A DNA stretch of 64,000 nt from Eubacteriales bacterium (GTDB lineage: Bacteria; Bacillota; Clostridia; Oscillospirales; CAG-272), in contig JAZSBL010000023.1 in assembly GCA_045602385.1 (NCBI GenBank), positions 34,598 through 98,597 of the forward strand. Reading direction: 5' to 3'. Of the stretch, positions 34,721-45,384 are shown piece after piece (the first letter of the stretch is position 1; each line of letters begins with the position of its first letter). Under the pieces are notes generated by a model. That model was not told where the DNA came from. It saw only the letters and a program-made list of their open reading frames with translations, and did not search any database. The translations under genes and the position numbers were made by a program.

Positions 34721-35002
34721 ATGAGCAGAAGCTTGAAAAAAGCGCCTTTCGTTGAAGAAAAGCTCTATACTCGTATATGTGCTATGAACGAAAAGGGCGA
34801 GAAGAAAGTTATTAAGACTTGGTCCCGTGCATCAACTATATTCCCGGAATTTGTCGGTCATACAGTTGCTGTTTACGACGGAAGAAAGCACGTTCCGGTT
34901 TATGTCGTTGAAGATATGGTAGGTCACAAGCTCGGTGAGTTTGCTCCTACAAGAACCTTCAAGGGTCACGCCGGTTCCAAGACATCCAACAACGGTAAGT
35001 AA
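34721..35002 (+). CDS. rpsS: 30S ribosomal protein S19
   Basis: [15 protein letters not shown]...[14 protein letters not shown]...[13 protein letters not shown]. Confidence 0.97.
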   Translation: MSRSLKKAPFVEEKLYTRICAMNEKGEKKVIKTWSRASTIFPEFVGHTVAVYDGRKHVPVYVVEDMVGHKLGEFAPTRTFKGHAGSKTSNNGK

Positions 35003-35020
35003 TCAGGAGGAAAGTAGAAA

Positions 35021-35356
35021 ATGGAAGCAAAAGCATATCTTAAATATGCGAGAATTTCCCCTCGTAAGGTTAAGATCGTTCTCGACCTCATCAGAGGTAA
35101 GGATGCAGGAATGGCAATGGCTATCCTCAAGAACACCAACAAAGGTGCTTGCGAATACCTTATAAAGCTTTTGGGAAGTGCAATCGCAAATGCAGAAAAT
35201 AATTTCCACATGGATTCTACAAAGCTCTACGTTTCCGAGTGCTTCGTAACACCCGGCCCCACGCTCAAGCGCATCATGCCTAGAGCTAAGGGAAGCGCAG
35301 ACAGAATCCTTAAGAGAACCAGCCACGTTACTATCGTGGTTAAGGAAAGAGACTAA
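35021..35356 (+). CDS. rplV: 50S ribosomal protein L22
   Basis: [27 protein letters not shown]... Confidence 0.96.
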   Translation: MEAKAYLKYARISPRKVKIVLDLIRGKDAGMAMAILKNTNKGACEYLIKLLGSAIANAENNFHMDSTKLYVSECFVTPGPTLKRIMPRAKGSADRILKRTSHVTIVVKERD

Positions 35357-35373
35357 GAAAGGAGACAAGAGTA

Positions 35374-36165
35374 ATGGGTCAGAAAGTTAATCCCCACGGC
35401 CTCAGAGTAGGCGTTATAAAGAACTGGGATTCAAGATGGTTCGCAAAAGACGAAGTTTTCGGCGACACTCTTGTATCCGACTACAACATCAGAAAGTATC
35501 TCAAGGGTGAGCTTCAGGACGCAGGCGTTCCGAAGATCGAGATCGAGCGTGACAGCCGTCGCGTAAGAGTATTCATCCACTGCGCTAAGCCCGGTATGGT
35601 TATCGGTAAGGGCGGAGTTGAGATCGAAAAGTATAAGGCAGAGCTCGAGAAGATGGTTCAGATGCCCGTTTCCCTCAACGTTGTTGAGGTAAGACAGCCC
35701 GACCTCGACGCACAGCTCGTAGCTGAGAGCGTTTGCGCTCAGCTCGAAAAGCGCGTTTCCTTCCGTCGTGCAATGAAGATGGCGATGAGAAACACTATGA
35801 GACTTGGTGCAAAGGGTATCAAGATCATGTGCTCCGGCCGTCTTGGCGGCGCAGAGATCGCAAGAAGCGAGACATACCACGAGGGTACAATCCCGCTTCA
35901 GACACTCAGAGCTGACATTGAGTACGGCTTCTGGGAGGCAAACACCACCTACGGTAAGATAGGTGTTAAGGTTTGGATCTACAGAGGTGAGGTCCTCAAC
36001 GAAGTTAACCGTCCTGCACAGAACGGTGAACGCAGAGACCGCAGAGGCGACCGTAAGCCCTCCGGTGACAGACGCGACAACCGCAGAGGCGGCAACCGCC
36101 CTCAGGGTCGCGGAGACAGAGCTCCCAGAGCTGACAGAACACCCAGAGACGGAGGTGCTAAGTAA
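35374..36165 (+). CDS. rpsC: 30S ribosomal protein S3 (with ~50-aa R/G/D-rich C-terminal extension)
   Basis: [24 protein letters not shown]..., KH and S3-C domains. The tail is [52 protein letters not shown]. Confidence 0.97.
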   Translation: MGQKVNPHGLRVGVIKNWDSRWFAKDEVFGDTLVSDYNIRKYLKGELQDAGVPKIEIERDSRRVRVFIHCAKPGMVIGKGGVEIEKYKAELEKMVQMPVSLNVVEVRQPDLDAQLVAESVCAQLEKRVSFRRAMKMAMRNTMRLGAKGIKIMCSGRLGGAEIARSETYHEGTIPLQTLRADIEYGFWEANTTYGKIGVKVWIYRGEVLNEVNRPAQNGERRDRRGDRKPSGDRRDNRRGGNRPQGRGDRAPRADRTPRDGGAK

Positions 36166-36587
36166 TGTTAATGCCTAAAAGAGTAAAATTCCGCCGCGTA
36201 CAGCGCGGAAGACTCAAGGGTAAGGCTAGCCGCGGTAACACAGTTACCCAGGGTAACTACGGCCTTATGGCACTTGAGCCCGCTTGGATCACAAGCAATC
36301 AGATCGAGGCAGCCCGTATCGCTATGACACGTTACATCAAGCGTGGCGGTAAGGTCTGGATCAAGATATTCCCCGACAAGCCTATCACAGAGAAGCCTGC
36401 TGAGACTCGAATGGGTTCCGGTAAGGGTTCGCCCGAATACTGGGTAGCTGTTGTTAAGCCCGGTCGTGTAATGTTCGAAATGGACGGCGTAAGTGAGGAG
36501 ATCGCTCGCGAGGCTATGCGTCTTGCAAGCCACAAGCTCCCCATCAAGACAAAGTTCGTTAAAAAAGAAGAAGTAGAGGAGGCATAA
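36165..36587 (+). CDS. rplP: 50S ribosomal protein L16
   Basis: [21 protein letters not shown]... TAATG overlap with rpsC. Confidence 0.97.
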   Translation: MLMPKRVKFRRVQRGRLKGKASRGNTVTQGNYGLMALEPAWITSNQIEAARIAMTRYIKRGGKVWIKIFPDKPITEKPAETRMGSGKGSPEYWVAVVKPGRVMFEMDGVSEEIAREAMRLASHKLPIKTKFVKKEEVEEA

Positions 36588-36591
36588 GCTC

Positions 36592-36780
36592 ATGAAAATA
36601 GCTGAAATTAGAAAAATGACAGTTGAAGAGCTCAACGCAAAGCTTGTTGAACTCAAGAAAGAGCTTTTCAACCTCCGTTTCCAGCACGCAGTAAATCAGC
36701 TTGAGAACCCTCACAAGATGACAGAGGTTAAGCATGATATCGCTCGCGTAATGACCGTTCTCAACGAGAAGAACGCATAA
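36592..36780 (+). CDS. rpmC: 50S ribosomal protein L29
   Basis: [33 protein letters not shown]... Confidence 0.95.
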   Translation: MKIAEIRKMTVEELNAKLVELKKELFNLRFQHAVNQLENPHKMTEVKHDIARVMTVLNEKNA

Positions 36781-36790
36781 GGAGGCAGTC

Positions 36791-37051
36791 ATGACAGAAG
36801 AAAGAACACTCAGAAAAGTCAGAGTCGGCATGGTTGTCAGCGACAAGATGGACAAGACAGTAGTCGTAGCTATCGAGGACAACGTAAAGCACCCCGTATA
36901 CGGCAAGATCATCAAGCGCACACTTAAGGTTCACGCTCACGATGAGAGCAACGAGTGCGGTGTTGGCGACAAAGTTAGAATTATGGAAACAAGACCCCTC
37001 TCCAAGACAAAGAGATGGAGAGTTGTTGAAGTAATCGAAAAGGCAAAATAA
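36791..37051 (+). CDS. rpsQ: 30S ribosomal protein S17
   Basis: [32 protein letters not shown]... Confidence 0.96.
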   Translation: MTEERTLRKVRVGMVVSDKMDKTVVVAIEDNVKHPVYGKIIKRTLKVHAHDESNECGVGDKVRIMETRPLSKTKRWRVVEVIEKAK

Positions 37052-37108
37052 TTGAATTCGAATAGTAGGTACGTTGAAGCGTACGCGAAACAGTAGGAGG
37101 AAAAAACA

Positions 37109-37477
37109 ATGATTCAGCAGCAATCACTTATGAAGGTTGCCGATAATACCGGCGCCAAAGAGTTGATGTGCATCCGTGTTCTCGGCGGAACAGGCCGCAG
37201 ATACGGTAACATCGGTGATATCGTCGTTTGCTCTGTTAAGAAGGCAATTCCCGGCGGTATGGTTAAAAAAGGTGACGTAGTTAAGGCTGTTATCGTAAGA
37301 AGCGCAAAGGGTCTTAAGAGAGCCGACGGTTCTTACATCAAGTTCGATGTGAACCCAGCAGTAATTATCAAGGTAGACAAGACACCCAAGGGTACTCGTA
37401 TCTTTGGCCCTGTCGCAAGAGAGCTTCGTGAGAAGGACTTCTTGAAGATCCTTTCTCTCGCTCCCGAAGTACTTTAA
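37109..37477 (+). CDS. rplN: 50S ribosomal protein L14
   Basis: [27 protein letters not shown]... Confidence 0.97.
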   Translation: MIQQQSLMKVADNTGAKELMCIRVLGGTGRRYGNIGDIVVCSVKKAIPGGMVKKGDVVKAVIVRSAKGLKRADGSYIKFDVNPAVIIKVDKTPKGTRIFGPVARELREKDFLKILSLAPEVL

Positions 37478-37491
37478 GGAGGTAACGTACA

Positions 37492-37809
37492 ATGGCTAAT
37501 CTTCACATTAAAAAAGGCGACACCGTTGTAGTACTCTCCGGTAACTCTAAGGGCGTTCGTGGCGAGGTTATCGCCGTTTCCCCCAAGGAGGGCAAGGTAC
37601 TCGTTCAGGGTGCAGCAATGATCCACAAGCACGTTAAGCCCCGCAGACAGGGTGAGACAGGCGGCATTATCGACGCTGAGAGCGCAATGTATGCGTCCAA
37701 GGTTGCTCTTTACTGCCCCAAGTGCGATAAGGGTGTCAGAACACACACTGTCGTTGAAGGCGACAACAAGATCCGCGTTTGCGCAAAGTGCGGACACAAA
37801 TTCAACTAA
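37492..37809 (+). CDS. rplX: 50S ribosomal protein L24 (variant with C-terminal CxxC...CxxC)
   Basis: LHIKKGDTVVVLSGNSKGVRGEV is the KOW motif. The C-terminus carries CPKC-x18-CAKC. Confidence 0.95.
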   Translation: MANLHIKKGDTVVVLSGNSKGVRGEVIAVSPKEGKVLVQGAAMIHKHVKPRRQGETGGIIDAESAMYASKVALYCPKCDKGVRTHTVVEGDNKIRVCAKCGHKFN

Positions 37810-37824
37810 GGAGGGTAAACGGAA

Positions 37825-38364
37825 ATGGCAAGACTTAACGATATGTACAAAGCCGAGGTCGCTCCCGCCCTCATGAAGAAGTATTCCTATCAGAGCGTTA
37901 TGCAGATCCCTAAGTTTGATAAGATCGTTATCAACGTAGGCTGCGGCGATGCTAAGGATAACACAAAGGTTATTGATTCTGTAATCAACGACCTCACAAT
38001 CATCACCGGTCAGAAGGCAGTTCCCACTTACGCAAAGAAGTCGGTTGCTAACTTCAAGCTCCGTCAGGGCATGAAGATCGGTGCAAAGGTTTCTCTCCGT
38101 GGCGAGAAGATGTATGAGTTTATGGACAGACTCTTCAACTTCGCTCTCCCCAGAGTTCGTGACTTCAAGGGTATCAACCCCAACGCTTTCGACGGACGCG
38201 GCAACTACTCCCTTGGACTTAAGGAACAGCTTATATTCCCTGAGATCGAGTACGACAAGGTTGACAAGATCCGCGGTATGGACATCTGCTTTGTAACAAC
38301 TGCACAGACGGATGACGAGGCAAGAGAGCTCCTCACACTTATGGGCGCTCCCTTCGCAAAATAA
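37825..38364 (+). CDS. rplE: 50S ribosomal protein L5
   Basis: [39 protein letters not shown]... Confidence 0.97.
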   Translation: MARLNDMYKAEVAPALMKKYSYQSVMQIPKFDKIVINVGCGDAKDNTKVIDSVINDLTIITGQKAVPTYAKKSVANFKLRQGMKIGAKVSLRGEKMYEFMDRLFNFALPRVRDFKGINPNAFDGRGNYSLGLKEQLIFPEIEYDKVDKIRGMDICFVTTAQTDDEARELLTLMGAPFAK

Positions 38365-38380
38365 TCGGAGGTAATGGATA

Positions 38381-38566
38381 ATGGCTAAAACAGCAATGAT
38401 ACTCAAGCAGCAGAAGCCCCAGAAGTACTCCACTCGCGAGTACAACCGTTGCAAGATCTGCGGACGTCCTCACGCTTACATGCGTAAGTACGGTATCTGC
38501 CGTATCTGCTTCAGAAACCTTGCGTATAAGGGTGAAATCCCCGGCGTAAAGAAGGCTTCTTGGTAA
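38381..38566 (+). CDS. rpsN: 30S ribosomal protein S14, zinc-binding type Z (61 aa)
   Basis: [22 protein letters not shown] is the CxxC...CxxC motif. Length and position in the spc operon fit. Confidence 0.96.
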   Translation: MAKTAMILKQQKPQKYSTREYNRCKICGRPHAYMRKYGICRICFRNLAYKGEIPGVKKASW

Positions 38567-38874
38567 TAATTTGGGGCTACAATCGCCGTTTTCGCGGCTC
38601 GATTTACGAACTTAAAGTAAATCTTCGCCGCGAACAACAACGATTCTATCTCCAGAATTCTTAACCAATGGTTCTGCTGAGATGAAGATCGGCTTAGGCT
38701 GATGCTTCATCACAAAGAACAGTGAAAATACTCGAAAGAGTTTTCAAAAAATCCTAACTATCGGAAGGAAGTTAATCTACGACGTGCGTCGGGTTGGACT
38801 TAACCGCCGATATGCCGCCGAGAAGATTTCGGCAGCAAGAAAGAAATTAAAACTTGCATCAGGAGGAAAAGAAA
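38567..38874 (+). promoter_or_regulatory. 308-nt structured spacer inside the spc operon (between rpsN and rpsH)
   Basis: No ORF above 12 codons. Contains consecutive hairpins: GGGGCTACAATCG...CGATTCTATCTCC enclosing CGCGGC-tc-GATTTAC-gaacttaaa-GTAAATC-ttc-GCCGCG; GATGAAGATCGGC-ttag-GCTGATGCTTCATC; ACTC-gaaa-GAGT; CGAC-gtgc-GTCG. Confidence 0.45.
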
Positions 38875-39270
38875 ATGCAAATGTCAGACGTAATTGCAGA
38901 TATGCTCACAAGAATCCGCAATGCTAACAATGCTAAGCATGCGACTGTGGACATTCCTGCATCCAACATGAAGAAGTCCATAGCTGATATCCTTGTTGAA
39001 GAGGGATATATCAAGAGCTATGAGATCGTAGACAACGGTAATCAGGGCATTATCCGTGTTACTCTCAAGTACAACGGTAAGGCAAAGGTTATCAGAGGTC
39101 TTAAGAGAGTTTCCAAGCCCGGTCTTCGTATCTACGCCGGTTACGAGGATATGCCTAAGGTTATGAACGGCCTTGGAATCGCTATCGTTTCCACATCTAA
39201 GGGTATCATGACAGACAAGAAGGCTCGCGCAGCTAAGGTTGGCGGCGAAGTCATCGCGTATGTTTGGTAA
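38875..39270 (+). CDS. rpsH: 30S ribosomal protein S8
   Basis: [30 protein letters not shown]... Start moved to ATG 38875 (SD AGGAGGAAAAG). The track start at 38854 is TTG. Confidence 0.96.
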   Translation: MQMSDVIADMLTRIRNANNAKHATVDIPASNMKKSIADILVEEGYIKSYEIVDNGNQGIIRVTLKYNGKAKVIRGLKRVSKPGLRIYAGYEDMPKVMNGLGIAIVSTSKGIMTDKKARAAKVGGEVIAYVW

Positions 39271-39288
39271 TTAACAGGAGGTACTATT

Positions 39289-39909
39289 ATGTCAAGAATT
39301 GGTAGAATGCCTGTTGAAATACCTGCAGGTGTTACAGTTACAGTAAACGGTAACACAGTTACCGTAAAGGGTCCCAAGGGCACACTTACTGAGAGCTTCA
39401 GCGAGAGAATGACTATCGCTGTTGAGGGCAATCAGGTGCTCGTTACAAGACCTACAGATGAGAAAGAGGACAGAAGTGTTCACGGCCTTACTCGCGCGCT
39501 TATCCAGAACATGGTTACAGGCGTTAGCGCAGGTTACAGAAAGATCCTCCTTATAATCGGTGTTGGTTATAAGGCAGTTAAGGTTGGTAAGGACCTTCAG
39601 CTCTTCGTGGGTTATTCGCTTATGCCCACTACTGGTGTTCCCCAGGCTAAATACGTTATAAGCGACACTGATACAGTTAAGATCTCGGTTCCCAATGAGG
39701 CAGAGATCAAGGCGCAGGGCATCGACAAGATGACAACTGAGAAGATCAACGGCGGTATCGTTATCGTTGTTGAGGGTGCTAACAAGCAGGAAGTTGGTCA
39801 GATGGCTGCGGTTATCAGAGGCAAGCGTCCCCCCGAGCCGTACCACGGTAAGGGAATCCGTTACATCGACGAGACCGTTCGTCGTAAAGCCGGAAAGACC
39901 GGTAAATAA
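39289..39909 (+). CDS. rplF: 50S ribosomal protein L6 (206 aa, ~27-aa insertion relative to the ~179-aa Bacillus form)
   Basis: MSRIGRMPVEIPAGVTVTVNGNTVTVKGPKGTL...PEPYHGKGIRY. Extra segment around ISVPNEAEIKAQGIDKMTTEKINGG. Confidence 0.95.
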   Translation: MSRIGRMPVEIPAGVTVTVNGNTVTVKGPKGTLTESFSERMTIAVEGNQVLVTRPTDEKEDRSVHGLTRALIQNMVTGVSAGYRKILLIIGVGYKAVKVGKDLQLFVGYSLMPTTGVPQAKYVISDTDTVKISVPNEAEIKAQGIDKMTTEKINGGIVIVVEGANKQEVGQMAAVIRGKRPPEPYHGKGIRYIDETVRRKAGKTGK

Positions 39910-39927
39910 TGAAAGGAGTGGAGTAAC

Positions 39928-40287
39928 ATGGTATCAAGAAAGGACAGCAACAAGGCTCGTCTTAAGAGACATAAGAGAGTCAGAGCAAAGATTTCGGGTA
40001 CAGCAGCACGTCCGCGTCTTGCAGTTTATCGTTCCAACGCGAACATCTCTGCACAGATCATTGACGACGTTGCAGGTACAACATTGGTTTCCGCTTCTAC
40101 TTACGGCGCATCCTTCGTGGGCAATGGCGGCAACAAGGCTGCAGCTCGCGAGGTAGGTAAGATGATCGCGGAAAAGGCAATCGCACAGGGCATTACTGAA
40201 GTCGTTTTCGACAGAGGTGGCTATCTTTATCACGGACGTGTATCGGAATTGGCTGAAGGCGCTCGCGAGGGCGGCCTGAAGTTCTAA
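39928..40287 (+). CDS. rplR: 50S ribosomal protein L18
   Basis: [34 protein letters not shown]... Confidence 0.96.
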   Translation: MVSRKDSNKARLKRHKRVRAKISGTAARPRLAVYRSNANISAQIIDDVAGTTLVSASTYGASFVGNGGNKAAAREVGKMIAEKAIAQGITEVVFDRGGYLYHGRVSELAEGAREGGLKF

Positions 40288-40362
40288 TCCATCTTGGATT
40301 AGTAACCGGTTTGTACACTGTTCAAACACTTTTTATTTGAACAATTCAGGAGGAAACCAGAA

Positions 40363-40866
40363 ATGGCATACAAATTTAATCCGGCAGAAGTTGAGCTTAC
40401 TGAAAAGCTCGTTTCGCTGAACCGTGTTTCCAAGACTGTTAAGGGCGGTCGTATCGCTCGTTTCGCTGCGCTCATGGTTGTCGGTGACGGCAACGGTCAC
40501 GTTGGCGTAGGTCTCGGAAAGGCTGCCGAAGTTCCCGAAGCAATCCGCAAGGGAATCGAGGACGCAAAGAAAAATATGATCACTGTTTCCCTTAAGGGAA
40601 CAACAATACCTCACGAGGTTATCGGCGTATTCGGCGCAGGTAAGGTGCTTCTTAAGCCCGCTGCACTCGGTACCGGTATCATCGCCGGCGGTAAGGTAAG
40701 AGCAGTTCTTGAGGCTGCAGGTATCTCTAACATTCGTGCTAAGTGCCTTCGTTCCAACAACCCCACAAACGTAGTTAAGGCTACTATCGAGGGTCTCAAG
40801 GAGCTTCGCACAGTTGAAGAGGTTGCTGCTATCCGTGAGATCAGCGTTGATCAGGTTAAGGGTTAA
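40363..40866 (+). CDS. rpsE: 30S ribosomal protein S5
   Basis: [43 protein letters not shown]... Confidence 0.97.
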   Translation: MAYKFNPAEVELTEKLVSLNRVSKTVKGGRIARFAALMVVGDGNGHVGVGLGKAAEVPEAIRKGIEDAKKNMITVSLKGTTIPHEVIGVFGAGKVLLKPAALGTGIIAGGKVRAVLEAAGISNIRAKCLRSNNPTNVVKATIEGLKELRTVEEVAAIREISVDQVKG

Positions 40867-40882
40867 TAGGAGGTAGGACATA

Positions 40883-41062
40883 ATGAAAAAGGTTACACTT
40901 GTAAAGAGTCTTATTTGCACAAAGCCCAACCAGAGAGCAACTGCTAAGTCTCTCGGACTTAACAAGATCGGTGACTTCGTTATTCACAACGATGACGCTG
41001 TTCTTGCAGGTAAGGTCAAGGTTCTCGCTCACCTCGTAAAAGTTGAGACCGTAGAAGGCTAA
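40883..41062 (+). CDS. rpmD: 50S ribosomal protein L30 (59 aa)
   Basis: Below ORF-track cut-off. SD TAGGAGGTAGG. Translation MKKVTLVKSLICTKPNQRATAKSLGLNKIGDFVIHNDDAVLAGKVKVLAHLVKVETVEG. Sits in the canonical rpsE-rpmD-rplO position. Confidence 0.9.
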   Translation: MKKVTLVKSLICTKPNQRATAKSLGLNKIGDFVIHNDDAVLAGKVKVLAHLVKVETVEG

Positions 41063-41077
41063 TAGGAGGTAAGAGAA

Positions 41078-41518
41078 ATGAATTTGAATGAACTTAAGCC
41101 CGCACAAGGCTCCGCTAAGGCAGCTTGGAGAAAGGGCAGAGGCGCAGGCTCCGGTAACGGTAAGACTGCAGGTAAGGGTCACAAGGGCCAGAACGCTCGT
41201 TCCGGCGGCGGTGTTAGACCCGGATTCGAGGGAGGTCAGCTTCCTCTTTACAGAAAGCTTCCTAAGAGAGGCTTCAACAACAAGTTCGCTACTAACTATG
41301 CTATAGTTAACGTTTCCGCTCTCAACGTGTTTGAGGACGGCGCAGTTGTAGATCTCGAGGCGCTTCTCGCTAAGAAGATCGTTCGCAAGTCCCTTGATGG
41401 TCTCAAGGTTCTTGGCAACGGCGAGCTTACAAAGAAAATAACCGTTAAGGCAGCAGTCTTTTCAGCAACTGCTAAGGAAAAGATAACAGCGGCAGGTGGA
41501 CAGGCAGAGGAGGTATAA
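41078..41518 (+). CDS. rplO: 50S ribosomal protein L15
   Basis: [59 protein letters not shown]... Confidence 0.97.
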   Translation: MNLNELKPAQGSAKAAWRKGRGAGSGNGKTAGKGHKGQNARSGGGVRPGFEGGQLPLYRKLPKRGFNNKFATNYAIVNVSALNVFEDGAVVDLEALLAKKIVRKSLDGLKVLGNGELTKKITVKAAVFSATAKEKITAAGGQAEEV

Positions 41519-41521
41519 GGG

Positions 41522-43039
41522 ATGTTTCAGACGTTAAAAAATGCTTGGAAGACCCATGAGCTCAAGACGAAGCTCCTCTTCACATTGCTTATCGTTATCC
41601 TTTACAGACTTGGCTCCGCCATTCCGGTACCGTGGATCAATTCTGATGTTATTGCAGGCTCTTTGACACAGAACATCAACTATGCGATCCAGCTTATCGC
41701 GGGCGATGCGTTTGCTCAGGCAAATCTCTTCGCTCTGTCGGTATCGCCCTATATCACATCATCCATTATCATTCAGCTTCTCACAATCGTTATTCCCGCT
41801 CTCGAGCGTTGGTCTAAGGAAGGTGAGGAGGGTAAGAAGAAGATCAACTTCCTTACCAGAATCGTTACTATGGCTCTTGCTGTTGTAACTGCGTTCGGAT
41901 ATGCTTTGATGTGCATTACAAACGGCTATACAACCCTTACAACAAACATTGGTGGTAAGTTGTATTGGGATCAGAACCCCTCACAGGTGGTTTCCGGACT
42001 CTTTGGTCCTACAGGCGTATTTACCAATGTTGGTTTCCAGTTCATCGTAATGATCGCTTGCTATGTTGCGGGCGCGGCTCTTGTTATGTGGCTTGCTGAA
42101 AAGATCAATGAGCGCGGTATCGGTAACGGTATCTCCATCCTCCTTTTCGCAAACATCATCGCAAGACTTCCCAACACATTCGTAGGTCTCTTTACGATGG
42201 TTAAGAACGCTATCACAGGTGTTACAGTAAGCACTCCCGCTGAGAATGCAGTATTCACTCTCGTATGCTCTATCGTTTGGGCATTGCTTGTAGTTGCTCT
42301 TCTCATCGGTCTTACTTGGCTTATCGTTTGGTTTACTGATTCCGAGAGAAGAATTCCCGTTCAGTATGCAAAGAAGGTTGTCGGAAGAAAGATGTACGGC
42401 GGAAGCTCGTCCAATCTTCCTCTCAAGCTCAACATGGCAGGCGTTATGCCCGTTATCTTTGCAAACTCTATCGTTTCTATCCCCGGAACTCTTGCAACGA
42501 TCTTCCCCAACACTGAGTGGATAGTAAATCTCTCGAAGAACTACTTTAATTACACGAAGCCCCTTTACGTGCTTCTCTCTGTAATTCTGTTGTTCGTATT
42601 TGCTTACTTCTATATTCTTATCTCCTTCAATCCTACTGAAGTTGCTAATAATATCAGAAATAACGGTGGTGCAGTTCCCGGAATTCGTCCCGGTAAGCCC
42701 ACTCGCGACTATATTCAGAAGGTGCTTAACCGCATCACTCTGATTGGCGCAGTATTCCTTTGTATCGTATCTGAGCTTCCCAAGGTTATCGTTTCCTTGT
42801 TCGCAAGCGCAACAGAGCTTCTTGTTATCTTCAAGGACAACGTTGTATTTAAGGCGATCAACGACTTCTACAACACAGGTTATTACGCTGTAGAGGCTAT
42901 GGGAGCTACTCAGCACGTGTTCCTGACAATCGCATTCTCCGGAACTTCCGTGCTTATCGTAGTTGGTGTTATCCTTGAGACCGTTCGCGAGCTTGAGGCA
43001 CAGCTCACTATGAGAAACTACAAGGGATTCCTTGATTAA
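41522..43039 (+). CDS. secY: preprotein translocase subunit SecY (505 aa, longer than the ~430-aa Bacillus form)
   Basis: LKTKLLFTLLIVILYRLGSAIPVPWIN, NLFALSVSPYITSSIIIQLL, NLPLKLNMAGVMPVIFA. Confidence 0.96.
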   Translation: MFQTLKNAWKTHELKTKLLFTLLIVILYRLGSAIPVPWINSDVIAGSLTQNINYAIQLIAGDAFAQANLFALSVSPYITSSIIIQLLTIVIPALERWSKEGEEGKKKINFLTRIVTMALAVVTAFGYALMCITNGYTTLTTNIGGKLYWDQNPSQVVSGLFGPTGVFTNVGFQFIVMIACYVAGAALVMWLAEKINERGIGNGISILLFANIIARLPNTFVGLFTMVKNAITGVTVSTPAENAVFTLVCSIVWALLVVALLIGLTWLIVWFTDSERRIPVQYAKKVVGRKMYGGSSSNLPLKLNMAGVMPVIFANSIVSIPGTLATIFPNTEWIVNLSKNYFNYTKPLYVLLSVILLFVFAYFYILISFNPTEVANNIRNNGGAVPGIRPGKPTRDYIQKVLNRITLIGAVFLCIVSELPKVIVSLFASATELLVIFKDNVVFKAINDFYNTGYYAVEAMGATQHVFLTIAFSGTSVLIVVGVILETVRELEAQLTMRNYKGFLD

Positions 43040-43078
43040 TACTCACACTTACCACAAATTTTAAATTGGAGTAAATTT

Positions 43079-43717
43079 ATGAATTTAATTTTAATGGGTG
43101 CTCCCGGCGCGGGCAAAGGCACACAGTCCTCTAAAATTTCTGCAAAATACAACATTCCTGCGGTTTCTACCGGAGATATGCTTCGCGCAGCCGTTAAGGC
43201 AGGCACAAAGCTCGGTCTCTCCGCAAAGGAATACATGGATGCGGGAAAGCTTGTTCCGGATGAAGTTGTAGTGGGTATCATTAAGGACCATCTTTCGACT
43301 GAAGCTTGTGCAAACGGCTTCATTCTCGACGGTTTCCCCAGAACCATTCCTCAGGCTGAGGCTCTTGAGAAAATGGGAGTTAAGATCGACGTCGTTCTCT
43401 CTATTGAGGTTCCGGACGACAAGATCATCGCAAGAATGAGCGGACGCAGAGTCTGCGCTTGCGGTGCTTCCTATCACGTAGAGTACATTAAGCCCCAGGT
43501 TGACGGTGTCTGCGATAAGTGCGGCGGTCAGCTCTATATCAGAGATGACGACCGTGAGGAAACAGTTGCTAACAGACTCAAAACCTACCACGCTCAGACT
43601 GAGCCGCTTAAGGATTTCTACTCCGAGCGCGGCAATCTGATCTGCGTTGAGGGACAGGAAGAGGTTGCCGATACCACGGCACTCGTTCTCAAGGCTCTTG
43701 AAGCAGTAAACGCGTGA
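43079..43717 (+). CDS. adk: adenylate kinase
   Basis: [16 protein letters not shown] is the P-loop. Also LDGFPRT and a Cys-containing LID. Confidence 0.97.
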   Translation: MNLILMGAPGAGKGTQSSKISAKYNIPAVSTGDMLRAAVKAGTKLGLSAKEYMDAGKLVPDEVVVGIIKDHLSTEACANGFILDGFPRTIPQAEALEKMGVKIDVVLSIEVPDDKIIARMSGRRVCACGASYHVEYIKPQVDGVCDKCGGQLYIRDDDREETVANRLKTYHAQTEPLKDFYSERGNLICVEGQEEVADTTALVLKALEAVNA

Positions 43718-43737
43718 AATTTTAACGAGGCAGACGG

Positions 43738-44499
43738 ATGATACAGTTAAAAAATTCGCTTCAGATCAAAGAAATGAGAGAAGCGGGACGTATAACCGGC
43801 GAGGCACTCCTTGTGGCTCGTGAGAACATCCGTGAAGGGATTAGCACCCTTGAGCTTGACAAGATCATAAGAAATTATATCGAAAAGCAGGGTGCTAAGC
43901 CTTCCTTCCTCGGATACCACGGCTTTCCCGGAAGCGCTTGCATAAGCATAAACGACGAGGTCATTCACGGTATTCCCTCAAGGAACAGAATCTTGCGCGA
44001 GGGTGATATCGTAAAGGTCGACGTCGGAGCATACTACAAGGGCTTTCACGGCGATGCCGCGAGAACGATTCCCGTCGGAAAGATCTCCGACGAGGCGCAA
44101 AAGCTGATTGACGTGACAAGACAGAGCTTCTTTTGCGGAATAGAGAAATTTGCCGTTGGAAACAGACTTGGCGACATCGGTCACGCAATCGATGCTCACG
44201 TCGTTGCAAACGGATTCTCGACCGTAAAGAGATATATCGGTCACGGAATAGGTCAGGCTCTTCACGAGTCCCCCGACGTTCCCAACTTCGGAACAGAGGG
44301 CAGGGGAACGAGACTTTGCGCGGGCATGGTCCTGGCTATCGAGCCTATGGTAAATATAGGTCGCGAGGACGTCAGGGATATGAGCGACGGCTGGACGGTA
44401 AAGACCGCTGACGGCACGCTCTCCGCTCACTACGAGAACACTGTTGCTCTTACAAGCGACGGACTCATCGTAATGACGCAGCTTGAATCGGATTTTTGA
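43738..44499 (+). CDS. map: type I methionine aminopeptidase
   Basis: GDIVKVDVGAYYKGFHGDAARTIPVG, GHGIGQALHE, LAIEPM metal-ligand motifs. Confidence 0.96.
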   Translation: MIQLKNSLQIKEMREAGRITGEALLVARENIREGISTLELDKIIRNYIEKQGAKPSFLGYHGFPGSACISINDEVIHGIPSRNRILREGDIVKVDVGAYYKGFHGDAARTIPVGKISDEAQKLIDVTRQSFFCGIEKFAVGNRLGDIGHAIDAHVVANGFSTVKRYIGHGIGQALHESPDVPNFGTEGRGTRLCAGMVLAIEPMVNIGREDVRDMSDGWTVKTADGTLSAHYENTVALTSDGLIVMTQLESDF

Positions 44500-44541
44500 G
44501 TTAGATTTTCTACAATTTAAAATCATGTTAGGAGAAAAATA

Positions 44542-44760
44542 ATGCCGAAGGATGACGTTATTGAATTTGAAGGCGAGGTAGTTGAGGCACTCCCCAACGC
44601 CACCTTCAAGGTGAAGCTTCCCAACGGTCATGTCGTTACAGCGCACATTTCCGGAAAGCTTCGTATGAATTATATAAGAATTTTGCCGGGTGACCACGTC
44701 ACCGTTGAGGTGTCGGTTTACGACCTTACAAAGGGTCGTATCACATGGCGATCCAAATAA
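44542..44760 (+). CDS. infA: translation initiation factor IF-1
   Basis: [51 protein letters not shown]... Confidence 0.97.
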   Translation: MPKDDVIEFEGEVVEALPNATFKVKLPNGHVVTAHISGKLRMNYIRILPGDHVTVEVSVYDLTKGRITWRSK

Positions 44761-44826
44761 AAAACAAAGATTTTACCATGCCGCAAAGGCAAATAAATAC
44801 TCTAAAGAAAGGTTGGTTTACAGAAA

Positions 44827-44940
44827 ATGAAGGTTAAACCGTCCGTAAAGAAGATCTGCGAGAAATGCAAGATCATTAAGAGAAAAGGTAAAGTCATGGT
44901 TATCTGCGAGAACCCCAAGCACAAGCAGAAGCAGGGTTAA
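44827..44940 (+). CDS. rpmJ: 50S ribosomal protein L36 (37 aa, zinc form)
   Basis: Below ORF-track cut-off. Translation [37 protein letters not shown]. Sits in the canonical infA-rpmJ-rpsM position. Confidence 0.93.
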   Translation: MKVKPSVKKICEKCKIIKRKGKVMVICENPKHKQKQG

Positions 44941-44997
44941 TTCGAGATATACATCGACTTTGATCCAACTCAATCTATAAGGAGAGGTACAAAAAAT

Positions 44998-45366
44998 ATG
45001 GCACGTATAGCAGGTGTTGATATTCCCAATAACAAGCGCGTTGAGATCGCCCTTACCTATATCTACGGTATCGGCCGCAAGAGCGCTAATGATATCCTTG
45101 TAGCTACAGGTATCAATCCTGATACCAGAGCTAAGGATCTTACTGAGGAAGAAATTGCTAAGCTCCGTGATGTTATCGAAAGCTCTTACACCGTTGAAGG
45201 TGACCTCCGCAGAGAAGTCGCTCTTAACATTAAGAGAATGGTAGAGGTTAACTGCTACCGCGGTATCAGACACAGAAAAGGTCTTCCCGTAAGAGGTCAG
45301 AGAACAAAGACCAATGCGAGAACAAGAAAAGGTCCCGCAAAGACCATCGCAAACAAGAAGAAATAA
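44998..45366 (+). CDS. rpsM: 30S ribosomal protein S13
   Basis: [30 protein letters not shown]... Confidence 0.97.
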   Translation: MARIAGVDIPNNKRVEIALTYIYGIGRKSANDILVATGINPDTRAKDLTEEEIAKLRDVIESSYTVEGDLRREVALNIKRMVEVNCYRGIRHRKGLPVRGQRTKTNARTRKGPAKTIANKKK

Positions 45367-45384
45367 AAGGAGTGGCAAATAAAA

